The notes under the pieces are model-generated. The model did not search any database. It saw nothing but the letters and a program-made list of their open reading frames with translations, and was not told the origin of the DNA. Position numbers and translations under genes: made by a program. This document shows positions 19,173 to 28,959 of a stretch of DNA of 64,000 bases, one piece after another. Each line of letters begins with the position of its first letter. Position 1 is the first letter of the stretch. Source of the DNA: Rhodospirillaceae bacterium (lineage in GTDB: Bacteria > Pseudomonadota > Alphaproteobacteria > SHVP01); assembly GCA_002722055.1 (NCBI GenBank), contig PBKD01000014.1, positions 419,230 to 483,229 of the forward strand, written 5' to 3'.

Positions 19173-19832
19173 ATGGCAAAACTCCCACCCCCACCTCCCG
19201 AAGAAGAAGAAAAAGAAGATTGGCTTTTAACTTATGCAGATGCTATTACATTATTAATGGCGTTTTTTGTTCTGCTTTATACCGTATCGGATCCAAATAC
19301 TGAAAAATTTGAAGCTGTTACCAAAGGTATGGTTGAGTCATTAAAGGGAGGAAGTGTGAAAACACCATTTACTGACTTGTCAAAAGATCTATCTCAAGTT
19401 CAGTCAGAATCTGAATCTTCTAAAGTTGGATCAACCAAAAGAGGCCTGACTTTTGAATTCAAATCGAGAAAAATGTTTGAGCCTGGTTCTGCAAATATAG
19501 TTCCTGAGGGAATAAAAGCACTTGATAGAGTTGCACAACTTGTAACGTTTAGATTAGGCAAAAAAAATTATAAAATTGAAGTAGAAGGCCATACGGATGA
19601 TACCCCAATTAGCACCCCTCAGTTCCCATCAAATTGGGAATTATCTTCAGCAAGAGCATCCGCTGTTGTCCGTTTTATGATATCAAGGGGCGTACCAGGA
19701 GATAGACTTAGAGCTGTCGGTTACGCAGATACTAAACCTAAAGAAGGTTTTCCTTTTAAAGATAATGAAGGTTCCCCTATCCCAGAGAATCGTGAAGAAG
19801 GCAGACGAGTAGTAATAAGGATAGAGAGATAA
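19173..19832 (+). CDS. MotB/PomB-family stator subunit with an OmpA-like peptidoglycan-binding domain
   Basis: 219 aa. Pro/Glu-rich N-terminus, then the MotB signature WLLTYADAITLLMAFFVLL with the channel Asp, and a C-terminal OmpA-like domain (EGHTDDTPIS…NWELSSARA…GYADTKP). Confidence 0.75.
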   Translation: MAKLPPPPPEEEEKEDWLLTYADAITLLMAFFVLLYTVSDPNTEKFEAVTKGMVESLKGGSVKTPFTDLSKDLSQVQSESESSKVGSTKRGLTFEFKSRKMFEPGSANIVPEGIKALDRVAQLVTFRLGKKNYKIEVEGHTDDTPISTPQFPSNWELSSARASAVVRFMISRGVPGDRLRAVGYADTKPKEGFPFKDNEGSPIPENREEGRRVVIRIER

Positions 19833-19930
19833 CTAACAAATTATAATTATTTTTTTATATATTTTTCATTTTATAATCTATACAATTTAAATTCTTTTTT
19901 ACTTTAGAATATCTTGGGGAGGATAGGCCT

Positions 19931-21346
19931 ATGGTGGAAAATTGGGATGTTATTATTGTTGGAGCCGGAACAGCTGGAATACCAGCAGCTATTTTTGCAG
20001 GGCAAAGGGGAGCAAAAGTTTTACTTGTTGATGCAGCTGACAAAATAGGGGGCACACTTCATTTAACTACAGGACAAATGAGTGCAGCAGGAACTTCCCT
20101 TCAAAAACAATTAGGAATAAGTGATAATTCTAATGACCACTTTGATGATGTTATGCGAATTAGTGAAAATACAGCTGATAAAGACTTGGTTAGACTTGCA
20201 GTCGATAATGCTGCCGAGACATTTGATTGGCTTATGACCAATGGCTTTACTCCTCTAGATAATCACCCTGTTCTTGGTAATGCACATGAACCTTATAGTG
20301 AAAGAAGGTATTATTGGGGTCCGTTCGGTGGTATTTCAATTCTAGACGCAATCACACCCCTTCTAGATGAACAAATAGCATCCGGGAACGTTGTAGTGAG
20401 CCTAAGAACAAAATTAAAAAATATAATTTTAAATAAAAAGGAAGTAACAGGAATCGAAATACAAGCAGAAGATGGGACTAATGCTATTATCAATGGCAAA
20501 AATATAGTTCTTTCAACTGGAGGTTATTCTTCAAACCCTACATTATTCAAGGAATTAAGTGGTCCAACATTATATTGGAAAGGGGCATACCCCTTTTCTA
20601 ATGGTGAAGGCCTTACCATAGCAAATAATATTGGAGGGATTTTAAGAGGAAAAGAAAATTATCTATGTGGATATGGAGCTATATTAAAAAACTTTGATTA
20701 CCCTTCCGAGGTAACTACCAGGGTAATATCTCACCCGCATTTAAGACTTCCTTGGGAAATTCATGTAAATGTTGATGGGGAACGTTTTTTCCAGGAAGAC
20801 TATGACTCGGTTCATGTAAGAGAAAAAAAACTGCTTGAGCAGGATAAACTTAAGGCATGGATTGTTTTTGATGATGAAATACTAAAAGAATCCCCGCCTC
20901 TTCTAAAAGACTTTTCAAAGGAAGATATGATTTCATTCTTCTCAAGCCACCCTATGTTTTATTATGCTAATGATTTACAAAGTCTAGCAAATAAATCAGG
21001 TATTAATTCAGAAGGACTTATAAAAACAATAGAAGAATATAATTTCAATATTGAAAATAATCATCCAGATTCATTTGGTAGAGTGCATAGGCCTCTTAAA
21101 ATTGAAAAACCACCTTTTTATTCTATCTGCACTCATGGAGTTTCTATAACAAGTACAGTTGGTCTTTTGGTAAATTCAGAACTAAATATTTTAAAAGAAA
21201 ATGGAGAACCAATAGGAAATTTATTTGCAGCGGGAGAAATTTTGGGTTCAGGACAAACTATGGGCAAATGCTCTGCAGGTGGTATGATGCTTACCCCTGC
21301 GCTCACTTTTGGAAGACTTCTAGGGCAAAAATTTTTGTCTTGGTAG
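19931..21346 (+). CDS. FAD-binding dehydrogenase, fumarate-reductase/succinate-dehydrogenase-flavoprotein-like family (paralog 1 of 3)
   Basis: 471 aa with an N-terminal Rossmann DVIIVGAGTAGIPAA and a C-terminal NLFAAGEILG…GG…LTPALTFGRLLG typical of FAD_binding_2 enzymes (FrdA, KstD, TcuA-like). Confidence 0.7.
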   Translation: MVENWDVIIVGAGTAGIPAAIFAGQRGAKVLLVDAADKIGGTLHLTTGQMSAAGTSLQKQLGISDNSNDHFDDVMRISENTADKDLVRLAVDNAAETFDWLMTNGFTPLDNHPVLGNAHEPYSERRYYWGPFGGISILDAITPLLDEQIASGNVVVSLRTKLKNIILNKKEVTGIEIQAEDGTNAIINGKNIVLSTGGYSSNPTLFKELSGPTLYWKGAYPFSNGEGLTIANNIGGILRGKENYLCGYGAILKNFDYPSEVTTRVISHPHLRLPWEIHVNVDGERFFQEDYDSVHVREKKLLEQDKLKAWIVFDDEILKESPPLLKDFSKEDMISFFSSHPMFYYANDLQSLANKSGINSEGLIKTIEEYNFNIENNHPDSFGRVHRPLKIEKPPFYSICTHGVSITSTVGLLVNSELNILKENGEPIGNLFAAGEILGSGQTMGKCSAGGMMLTPALTFGRLLGQKFLSW

Positions 21347-21374
21347 AATATAAATTAATTTTCTGGAGATTAAA

Positions 21375-22796
21375 ATGTCAAATCAATGGGATGTAATTAT
21401 TGTTGGAGCAGGCAGCGCTGGCATACCTTCTTCTATATTTGCAGCTAATAGAGGAGCAAAAGTTTTACAACTTGAAGCAAGTGATAAAATTGGTGGAACT
21501 TTAATGTTATCATCAGGTCAGATTTCCGCAGCCGGAACAAAAAGACAAAAAAAAATGGGAATAGAAGATAGCCCAGACGAACATTATGATGATGCACAAA
21601 GAATATCAGAAAATACTATTGATCCGGTGCTTGGAAAATTAGCTATAGATAATGCTGGTGCAACATATGACTGGCTGGAGAGTATTGGCTATGAACCAAT
21701 CAAGAGCCATCCAGTAGCTGGAGGTGCTCATGAGCCGTATCTAAAAAGAAGATACCATTGGGCTGAAAATGCAGCCATAGCAATTCTTGATGTTTTAAAA
21801 CCTATACATGAAAAACTTGCTGATGAGAAAAAAATTGATTTACGTTTAAATACTAGAATGAGAGAAATAATAAAAGATAATTCTGGTTCTGTGATAGGTG
21901 TTAAAGCAGATACGCATGACGGAGTAAAAGAGTTTTATGGTAAAAATACTGTAATTACAACTGGAGGATATGCTCATAATAAAGATTTGTGGAATGAATT
22001 AACTCCAAAAATCCCACTCAGATCTTGGACAAATGAATTTAGTTTAGGTGATGGTTTGATCGCTGCAAGAGAGATAGGCGCAGATTATGATGGATCAGAT
22101 AAATTTTTATGTACTTTTGCTGGTGTTCTTGAGAGACCAGAAGATCCATTTTCAACTTCATTAGGTATGCAATTCTCACCTCAAGTTAGAGAACCTTGGG
22201 AAATATATGTAAACAGTTATGGAAAAAGATTTGTTAGGGAGGATCACCCAAGTGTCCATATTCGAGAACATGCTTTATTAAAACAACCAAATCAAGAAAT
22301 GTTCATAATTTTTGATGAGAATATTCGCCAAAACGCTCCCTGTATAAACCCTCTGATGGAGAAAACAATTAATAATAAGTATGGCAATCATCCAAATTAT
22401 TCCAAATCTAAAACACTAACTGAGTTAGCTACAGCAATTAATGTACCTGAAAAAAATTTAATAGAAACAATTTCAAAATATAACTTTGCTGTAGAAACCG
22501 GAAATGACAAAGATTTTGGTAGAGTAAGAATGTTTGGTAAAATTGAAAAACCACCTTTTTATTCAATTCATGCTGGTGGAATAACAGTGGTAAGCCCAGC
22601 AGGATTAAAAACCAATGAGTCACTTGAGGTGATGGATACAAACGGTAAAATTATTCCTAATTTATTTGCTGCAGGAGAGGTCCTGGGTTTTACTAGGCTT
22701 TCTGGTTCAGCTTTTGTAAATGGTATGTCCTTAATGCCTGCTATTACTTTCGGGAAACTTCTTGGAGAAAAAATTCTTCATTGGAAGGAGAATTAA
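21375..22796 (+). CDS. FAD-binding dehydrogenase, same family (paralog 2 of 3)
   Basis: 473 aa, collinear with paralog 1 throughout (DVIIVGAGSAGIPSS…HEPY…REPWEIYVN…KPPFYSI…NLFAAGEVLG). Confidence 0.7.
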   Translation: MSNQWDVIIVGAGSAGIPSSIFAANRGAKVLQLEASDKIGGTLMLSSGQISAAGTKRQKKMGIEDSPDEHYDDAQRISENTIDPVLGKLAIDNAGATYDWLESIGYEPIKSHPVAGGAHEPYLKRRYHWAENAAIAILDVLKPIHEKLADEKKIDLRLNTRMREIIKDNSGSVIGVKADTHDGVKEFYGKNTVITTGGYAHNKDLWNELTPKIPLRSWTNEFSLGDGLIAAREIGADYDGSDKFLCTFAGVLERPEDPFSTSLGMQFSPQVREPWEIYVNSYGKRFVREDHPSVHIREHALLKQPNQEMFIIFDENIRQNAPCINPLMEKTINNKYGNHPNYSKSKTLTELATAINVPEKNLIETISKYNFAVETGNDKDFGRVRMFGKIEKPPFYSIHAGGITVVSPAGLKTNESLEVMDTNGKIIPNLFAAGEVLGFTRLSGSAFVNGMSLMPAITFGKLLGEKILHWKEN

Positions 22797-22801
22797 GATT
22801 T

Positions 22802-23563
22802 ATGAATAATTCTTTAATTAATAAAACAGCATTAGTAACAGGAGGTGGCGGACCGGCAATGGGTAGCTCACATTGCAATAAATTAGCAGAATTAGGAGCA
22901 CATGTTATTGTGCTTGATAAAAGAAAGGATAAGGCACAAGCAGTATCAAATAAAATCAGAGAAGATAATGGTTCTTCTGAATACATCACTTGCGATATAA
23001 CAAATATAAATGAAGTCAATGAAGCTCTTGACATAGTCACTAATAACTCCCCAATAGATATACTTGTTAATCATGCAGGAATATCTGGAATGTCATTACC
23101 ATTTGAAAAAGTTACAGAGAAAATTTACGATACAATGATGACTGTTAATTTAAAGTCTATGTTTTTTATAACACAAAAATTAGTTTCAAATATGAAGAAA
23201 AATAATTGGGGAAGAATTATCAATATTGCATCAGATTTTACAATGTATGGTAGCCCACTTGCTTCACACTATACTGCTTCAAAATCTGGAATATTAGGGC
23301 TAACTAAAAGTTGGGCTCGTGAATTAGCACCATGGAAAATATGTGTAAATGCAGTTGCACCAACATTATTAAAAAGTGAGTTAACTCTTGCCAGTGTTGG
23401 GGAAGAATTCTTGAATAAAGAGTCAAAAAGTGCCCCAATGGGATCTTTACCAAACGCTAATGATGTTTCTGAACTAGTCGCATTTCTTGCAAGTCCTTCC
23501 TCAAAAGCAATAACAGGTCAAACAATCAGTCCAAACGGTGGAAGAACTATAGTAGGAATTTAA
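22802..23563 (+). CDS. short-chain dehydrogenase/reductase (SDR)
   Basis: About 253 aa with the TALVTGGGG…G glycine-rich NAD(P)-binding loop, NHAG, and the catalytic S…YTASK. The start was chosen at ATG 22802, which is preceded by GGAAGGAG. Confidence 0.85.
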   Translation: MNNSLINKTALVTGGGGPAMGSSHCNKLAELGAHVIVLDKRKDKAQAVSNKIREDNGSSEYITCDITNINEVNEALDIVTNNSPIDILVNHAGISGMSLPFEKVTEKIYDTMMTVNLKSMFFITQKLVSNMKKNNWGRIINIASDFTMYGSPLASHYTASKSGILGLTKSWARELAPWKICVNAVAPTLLKSELTLASVGEEFLNKESKSAPMGSLPNANDVSELVAFLASPSSKAITGQTISPNGGRTIVGI

Positions 23564-23573
23564 ATTCTATAAA

Positions 23574-24971
23574 ATGGAGTTCGAACTTATAATCATTGGG
23601 GCAGGTATGGCTGGTTTGCCATGCTCAATTAGAGCAGCAGATAGAAATAAAAAAGTTTTATTAGTAAATAAAAATAAAAGTATTGGTGGTAAATTATCAA
23701 GAAGCACTGGACAAATAGCGGCAGCTGGAACAAATCTACAGAAGAGGCAAAATATTTATGATTACCCAGATCTACATTTTAAAGAAGCATGGGAAATATG
23801 TAAGTCAACAGCTGACCAAAAATTGCTCAGACTTGCAATAGACCACTTAGGTGAAACAGTAAATTGGTTAGAAAAAATTGGCGTTACTTTTCCGGATAAT
23901 CATCCTGTTATCACATATCAACATGACATTTACTCTACAAGAAGATATCAGTGGCCAGTTGGTTTCGGAAAAGAGATTTTAGATAAAATATTGCCTATAA
24001 TTGATAGATTTATTTCTTCTAAAAATATAACATTACTAAATCAAACTACTCTAGTCGATTTTATTGAAAATAATAATGTAATTGAAGGAGTTGTTTTATT
24101 AAACAATGAAGGAAAAAAATTAAAATATTATTCAAATAATATTGTATTAACTGCTGGGGGTTATACAAATAATGAAAAACTTTTTACAAAATATTCCCCA
24201 AAATCTTTCTTATATACTCCAAAATTTAATGGATCTGAGGGCTTAGTTCACAAAATAGCGGAAAGAAATAATTTTAAAATTGATGGAGGCGAACTATATA
24301 AAGGTATGATTGGAGGGGTGCTTCAAAAAAGTTCTGACAAGCATTCTGTATCAGTTTCAATAAATACGATCCCTCAAGATAGACAACCTTGGGAAATCTG
24401 GGTCAATTCTCAGGGGTATAGGTTCATGCGTGAAGATCATCCTAGTGCCGACTATAGAAGGCATAAAGTAAATGAACAAAATATGCAAAAATTTTTTATA
24501 ATTTTTGATCAAGGAATTTTTATTAATGCTCCACCCATCTCATTGACAAATGATGGCGGGTTAAAAGGTCATATTAATAATCAAGTCTCTTTAACTAGGT
24601 ATACTTCTATTAAAAAATTAGCTTATGAAATGAATATTGATTTTCAAGCACTCCTAAATACTATAAATGAATATAATAACTCAGTTAATAAAAATAATGA
24701 TACTTTTGGAAGAGAGCATTTGCCAAGAGAAATAAATAATCCACCATTTTATTGTATTGAATCTGTTGCTTTTGCATTACCCAGCCCTGCTGGTATAGCA
24801 GTTAATGAAAAGTTGCAAGTTTTAAATAATGATAATATCCCAGTAAGAAATATTTATGCTGCAGGTGAAATAATAGGAAATACTAGAATCATGGGCGAAC
24901 ATTATATTGCAGGTATGGGAGTGGGCCCTACTCTAGCTTTTGGCAAATTGCTAGGGGAAAATTTGAAATAA
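23574..24971 (+). CDS. FAD-binding dehydrogenase, same family (paralog 3 of 3)
   Basis: 465 aa, the most divergent paralog, but it keeps IIGAGMAGLPCS, TGQIAAAGT, RQPWEIWVN, NPPFYCI and NIYAAGEIIG. Confidence 0.7.
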   Translation: MEFELIIIGAGMAGLPCSIRAADRNKKVLLVNKNKSIGGKLSRSTGQIAAAGTNLQKRQNIYDYPDLHFKEAWEICKSTADQKLLRLAIDHLGETVNWLEKIGVTFPDNHPVITYQHDIYSTRRYQWPVGFGKEILDKILPIIDRFISSKNITLLNQTTLVDFIENNNVIEGVVLLNNEGKKLKYYSNNIVLTAGGYTNNEKLFTKYSPKSFLYTPKFNGSEGLVHKIAERNNFKIDGGELYKGMIGGVLQKSSDKHSVSVSINTIPQDRQPWEIWVNSQGYRFMREDHPSADYRRHKVNEQNMQKFFIIFDQGIFINAPPISLTNDGGLKGHINNQVSLTRYTSIKKLAYEMNIDFQALLNTINEYNNSVNKNNDTFGREHLPREINNPPFYCIESVAFALPSPAGIAVNEKLQVLNNDNIPVRNIYAAGEIIGNTRIMGEHYIAGMGVGPTLAFGKLLGENLK

Positions 24972-24975
24972 TTTT

Positions 24976-27684
24976 TTAGTGAGCTTCACTCCAGTTATCA
25001 CCTACTCCTATATCAACTAAAAGAGGTACTTTTAAGTTAACTACCTTCTCCATTACCTTCTTTATTTTAATTTTACTTTCCTCAACTTTACTCTCCAAAA
25101 CTTCAAAAATCAATTCATCATGCACTTGTAAAAGAAGCTTGAAATTTTGAGCAATCGTATCTTCATTATCAAATAATGCAATCATTGCTAATTTAATTAT
25201 ATCAGCAGAACCTCCTTGAAGAGGTGCATTTATTGCTTGTCTCTCTGCAAAAGATTTCTTTATATTATTTTTATCATTAATGCTAGATAAATATACCCTT
25301 CTTCCAAAAGGAGTAACAACATGACCATATTTTCTACAATAATTAACCTGAGATTTCATATAATCTTTAATACCAGGAAACTGTTTAAAGTATTTGGCTA
25401 TGTACTCTTTCGCTTCAGTATTTGATATGTTTAATTGCTTAGATAAACCAAAAGCGCTTATACCATAAATTATTCCAAAATTTATAGCTTTTGCTTTTCT
25501 TCTAAGGTCAGAAGAAACTTCTTTTTCTTTTACCCCAAAAACTTGAGAGGCAGTTGCAGAATGAATGTCTAAATTCTCTTTGAATGCTTTATTCAATTTT
25601 GGAACATCAGCCATATGAGCTAAAAGTCTAAGCTCAATCTGCGAATAATCAGCACTGACTAATTTAAAATTTTTAGGTGCAACAAATGCTTCCCTTATTT
25701 TTTTACCATCTTCAGTTCTTATAGGAATATTTTGGAGGTTTGGTTCGTTCGATGATAATCTTCCAGTATTAGTTCCTGACATTGTGTATGTTGTATGAAT
25801 TCGTTTAGTTTTTGAGTTGACTAATAAGGGTAGTTTCTCTGAGTAGGTATTTATAAGCTTTGCAAGCTGTCTCCAATCCAAAACTAACTTCGCTATTTTT
25901 ATCCCATTTTGATCAAGAAGCTCAAGAATATCTGCTCCAGTCCCCCAAGATCCAGCTTTACTTTTTTTTCCACCTTCAATTCCCATTTCATCAAAAAGTA
26001 TCTCACCAAGCTGCTTAGGAGAACCTATATTAAAATTCCTTCCAGCCTCTTTATATATATCTTTTTCTAGTACCTTTAATCTAGAATGAAAGTTTTTAGA
26101 TATTTTATTTAATATACCAGTATCAATTAAAAAACCGTTATTTTCAATTATATTTAAAATTTCTATTAGGGGTTTATCTACTTGTTGATGAACAACATAA
26201 GATTTGTTCATAACAAGTTCTATTTTTAAAATATTATGTAACTCTAAAATTGAATCAGCTATTGCACAAGTAAAATCTCTCAATTTTTTTAAGTCTATTT
26301 CATCTATATTTTTTTTGGACTTACCTGTGCCAATAATTTCCTCAGGTTTAGTTATATTATTTTTTAGAAATTTATTTATGATTTCATTTAAGTTGTGATT
26401 ATATTTGCCTGTACCAGAATTGTATGACATTAGTAAGACATCATCATATGATTTAAGTCTTATTTGATAATCATTGATAATTTTAAGAAATTGCTTAACA
26501 TCATAAAAAACTTTTAATACTGAGGGACTCTCTAAAATTGAACGTAAGGAGTCAATAATTTGTTCCAATGTAAATCCATTTTCATTAGAATCGCTGATTA
26601 TAGGCAAATAAACAGAATGTCCAAGTTCATAACATAGCGACATTCCAATAATATTTTCCTTACCAATTATTAACTGTTCATTAAAAAAAACTATTGAACA
26701 TATTCCATTCTTTTCAGATAAGTCAAAATATTTTTTAATTTGCAACAAATCCTCGCAAACATGATATTCTCTTTCTACAATATGATCAGAATTAGGTTGT
26801 TCTATATATTCGTTATCTCTAGCAATTCTATTGACTAAACTATTAAATTCCATTTCCTTTAGAAATTCTATTACCTGTTTGTAATCTGGAAGAGCGTATT
26901 TGAATTTATCTAATTGCAAATTTATTTTTATATCACTTTTTAAAGTAACTAGTTTTCTTGATAAAATTGCATTTTCCGAAAACTCAATAAGTTTTTCGCG
27001 TCTTTTTGGCTGCTTAATTTGGTTAGCTTTTTTTAAAAGAGTATCTAAATCTCCAAATTTATTTATTAATTCTGCTGCAGTTTTTATCCCAATCCCTGGT
27101 ATACCTGGAATATTATCAGAGCTATCACCTGCAAGCGACTGAACATCAATAACCTTATCTGGCCTTACACCAAATTTTTCTATTACTTCTTTTTCTTCGA
27201 TATATTTATTTTTGATTGGATCAAGCATTGAAATACCTGGAGCAACTAGCTGCATTAGATCCTTATCTGAGGATACGATCTTTACATCAAAACCATCCTT
27301 TACAGCTAATTTAGAGTATGAAGCAATAAGATCATCTGCCTCAAAACCTTCTTGCTCAACCATCAAAATATTAAAAACTTTTGTAGCATCTTTGATAAGC
27401 TTAAACTGAGGTATTAAATCTTCCGGTGTTTCACCTCTGTTAGCTTTATAATCTTTATATATATCATTCCGAAAAGTTTTACTTCCCTTATCAAATATAA
27501 TAGCTAAATGAGTTGCCGAACCATTTGTGAAATTATTTTCAATTAACTTATTTATCATATTTATAAAACCTAAAACTGCACCAGTTGGAACTCCGTCTTT
27601 TTTTCTATAAAGTGGAGGTAATGCATGATATGCCCTAAAAATATAACCGGATCCATCAACTAGATATATGCAGTTTTTTTTCAT
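24976..27684 (-). CDS. polA: DNA polymerase I
   Basis: 902 aa with a 5'-3' exonuclease N-terminus (LVDGSGYIFRAYHA), a 3'-5' exonuclease domain, and polymerase motifs (RRKAKAINFGIIYG, VHDELIFEV). Confidence 0.95.
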   Translation of the reverse strand: MKKNCIYLVDGSGYIFRAYHALPPLYRKKDGVPTGAVLGFINMINKLIENNFTNGSATHLAIIFDKGSKTFRNDIYKDYKANRGETPEDLIPQFKLIKDATKVFNILMVEQEGFEADDLIASYSKLAVKDGFDVKIVSSDKDLMQLVAPGISMLDPIKNKYIEEKEVIEKFGVRPDKVIDVQSLAGDSSDNIPGIPGIGIKTAAELINKFGDLDTLLKKANQIKQPKRREKLIEFSENAILSRKLVTLKSDIKINLQLDKFKYALPDYKQVIEFLKEMEFNSLVNRIARDNEYIEQPNSDHIVEREYHVCEDLLQIKKYFDLSEKNGICSIVFFNEQLIIGKENIIGMSLCYELGHSVYLPIISDSNENGFTLEQIIDSLRSILESPSVLKVFYDVKQFLKIINDYQIRLKSYDDVLLMSYNSGTGKYNHNLNEIINKFLKNNITKPEEIIGTGKSKKNIDEIDLKKLRDFTCAIADSILELHNILKIELVMNKSYVVHQQVDKPLIEILNIIENNGFLIDTGILNKISKNFHSRLKVLEKDIYKEAGRNFNIGSPKQLGEILFDEMGIEGGKKSKAGSWGTGADILELLDQNGIKIAKLVLDWRQLAKLINTYSEKLPLLVNSKTKRIHTTYTMSGTNTGRLSSNEPNLQNIPIRTEDGKKIREAFVAPKNFKLVSADYSQIELRLLAHMADVPKLNKAFKENLDIHSATASQVFGVKEKEVSSDLRRKAKAINFGIIYGISAFGLSKQLNISNTEAKEYIAKYFKQFPGIKDYMKSQVNYCRKYGHVVTPFGRRVYLSSINDKNNIKKSFAERQAINAPLQGGSADIIKLAMIALFDNEDTIAQNFKLLLQVHDELIFEVLESKVEESKIKIKKVMEKVVNLKVPLLVDIGVGDNWSEAH

Positions 27685-27724
27685 AATATTTTCTTTTAAT
27701 AATTTATGAATTAATTAGTCAAGA

Positions 27725-27877
27725 CTATACTTTTATGAATATCTGGCCGCAATATGGACACTCAATCTTATTTTCCTCAAATGTCAAAAAAACTCTAGGG
27801 TGTCCTAATTTTCCCCCATCACAATAAACAGTATCTGTATGAACTTCGATAATATTATTATCCTTCTTTATTTCCAT
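27725..27877 (-). CDS. small zinc-finger (zf-CHCC-type) protein, 50 aa; not in the supplied ORF track
   Basis: My own translation of the minus strand gives MEIKKDNNIIEVHTDTVYCDGGKLGHPRVFLTFEENKIECPYCGQIFIKV, a C…H…C…C pattern with GHPRV and CPYCG as in zf-CHCC mini-proteins that are conserved in alphaproteobacteria. Confidence 0.5.
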   Translation of the reverse strand: MEIKKDNNIIEVHTDTVYCDGGKLGHPRVFLTFEENKIECPYCGQIFIKV

Positions 27878-27993
27878 TTTAGCCCTCTCAATTAATTTAG
27901 TTGATAATTTATTTACATAGCGTATATATATTCACTTTCCATAATTTCAAATTATAGCTTCATATACAACTTTAAGTTTTTAGGAATTAGTAA

Positions 27994-28959
27994 ATGCATG
28001 ATGATCTTATTAGTAAACCTGCTATTGAAGTAAAAAACCTACAGAAAGTATATCTTGCTAGAGACAAGAAAAAAATACAAAAAACAGCACTAAAGGGTAT
28101 TAATTTAACAATTAATAAGGGAGAAATATTTGGGCTTCTTGGTCCAAACGGTGCTGGTAAATCTACGTTTATTAATATACTTGCTGGACTAGTAATAAAA
28201 TCTAATGGAGAAGTTAATATCAATGGGTATAACCTTGATACTAGTGTTAGGGAAGCTAGGCAATCTATAGGAGTAGTTCCTCAAGAATTAACTTTGGATC
28301 CATTCTTTAGCCCAAGGGACTCACTTGAATTACAAGCTGGTATGTATGGAGTAAGAAAGAAAGATAGAAAAACAAAAGAAATACTCTCGGCTCTAAAACT
28401 AACAGATGTTGCTAACGGATATGCTAGAAGGATGTCAGGAGGGATGAAAAGACGATTAATGGTTGGTAAAGCTATGGTTCATTCTCCTCCAATATTAGTA
28501 TTAGATGAACCTACAGCAGGTGTTGACGTAGAGCTAAGAAGACATTTATGGGAAATGGTTCAGGATCTTAATAATAAAGGAACAACAATATTACTTACTA
28601 CTCACTATATTGAAGAAGCGGAACAATTATGTGATAGAATAGGAATATTAAATGATGGCAACCTGGTGGCATGTGATACAAAAGATAAGCTTGTTAGCCT
28701 AATTGACAAAAAAGAATTGATTGTAAAACTTCAGGAAAATTTTATTTCTATTCCTGATTCCTTGAAAGATCTTAAACCAATTATTGTTGATAAAAAGACA
28801 ATAAAGTTTATTTATCAGCCAAGTAATTTAAACTTCCATAAAATTTTGAAAAAAATAAATTCTTCTAAACTTAATATTATTGACTTTGAAATTAATGAAA
28901 CTGACCTTGAAGAGGTCTTTCTATCAATTACCCAAAAAAATTCATCAATTAATCTATAG
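27994..28959 (+). CDS. ABC transporter ATP-binding protein (orphan, ABC-2-type with a C-terminal extension)
   Basis: 321 aa with Walker A GPNGAGKST, the LSGGMKRRL signature, Walker B LVLDEPTAGVD and an H-loop. No permease gene is adjacent. Confidence 0.85.
   Translation: MHDDLISKPAIEVKNLQKVYLARDKKKIQKTALKGINLTINKGEIFGLLGPNGAGKSTFINILAGLVIKSNGEVNINGYNLDTSVREARQSIGVVPQELTLDPFFSPRDSLELQAGMYGVRKKDRKTKEILSALKLTDVANGYARRMSGGMKRRLMVGKAMVHSPPILVLDEPTAGVDVELRRHLWEMVQDLNNKGTTILLTTHYIEEAEQLCDRIGILNDGNLVACDTKDKLVSLIDKKELIVKLQENFISIPDSLKDLKPIIVDKKTIKFIYQPSNLNFHKILKKINSSKLNIIDFEINETDLEEVFLSITQKNSSINL

Noticed and set aside
18327-24971. Idea that the motAB plus FAD-oxidoreductase block is a horizontally acquired compositional island (it looked GC-richer, about 40-48%)
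   Set aside because: Spot counts of GC in other conserved genes in the window (gyrB, ahcY, the binding-protein gene) gave similar values of 37-42%. Only poorly conserved genes such as addAB sit near 25%. The variation tracks protein conservation and Gly/Ala content rather than marking an island, and there are no integrase, tRNA or direct-repeat boundaries.
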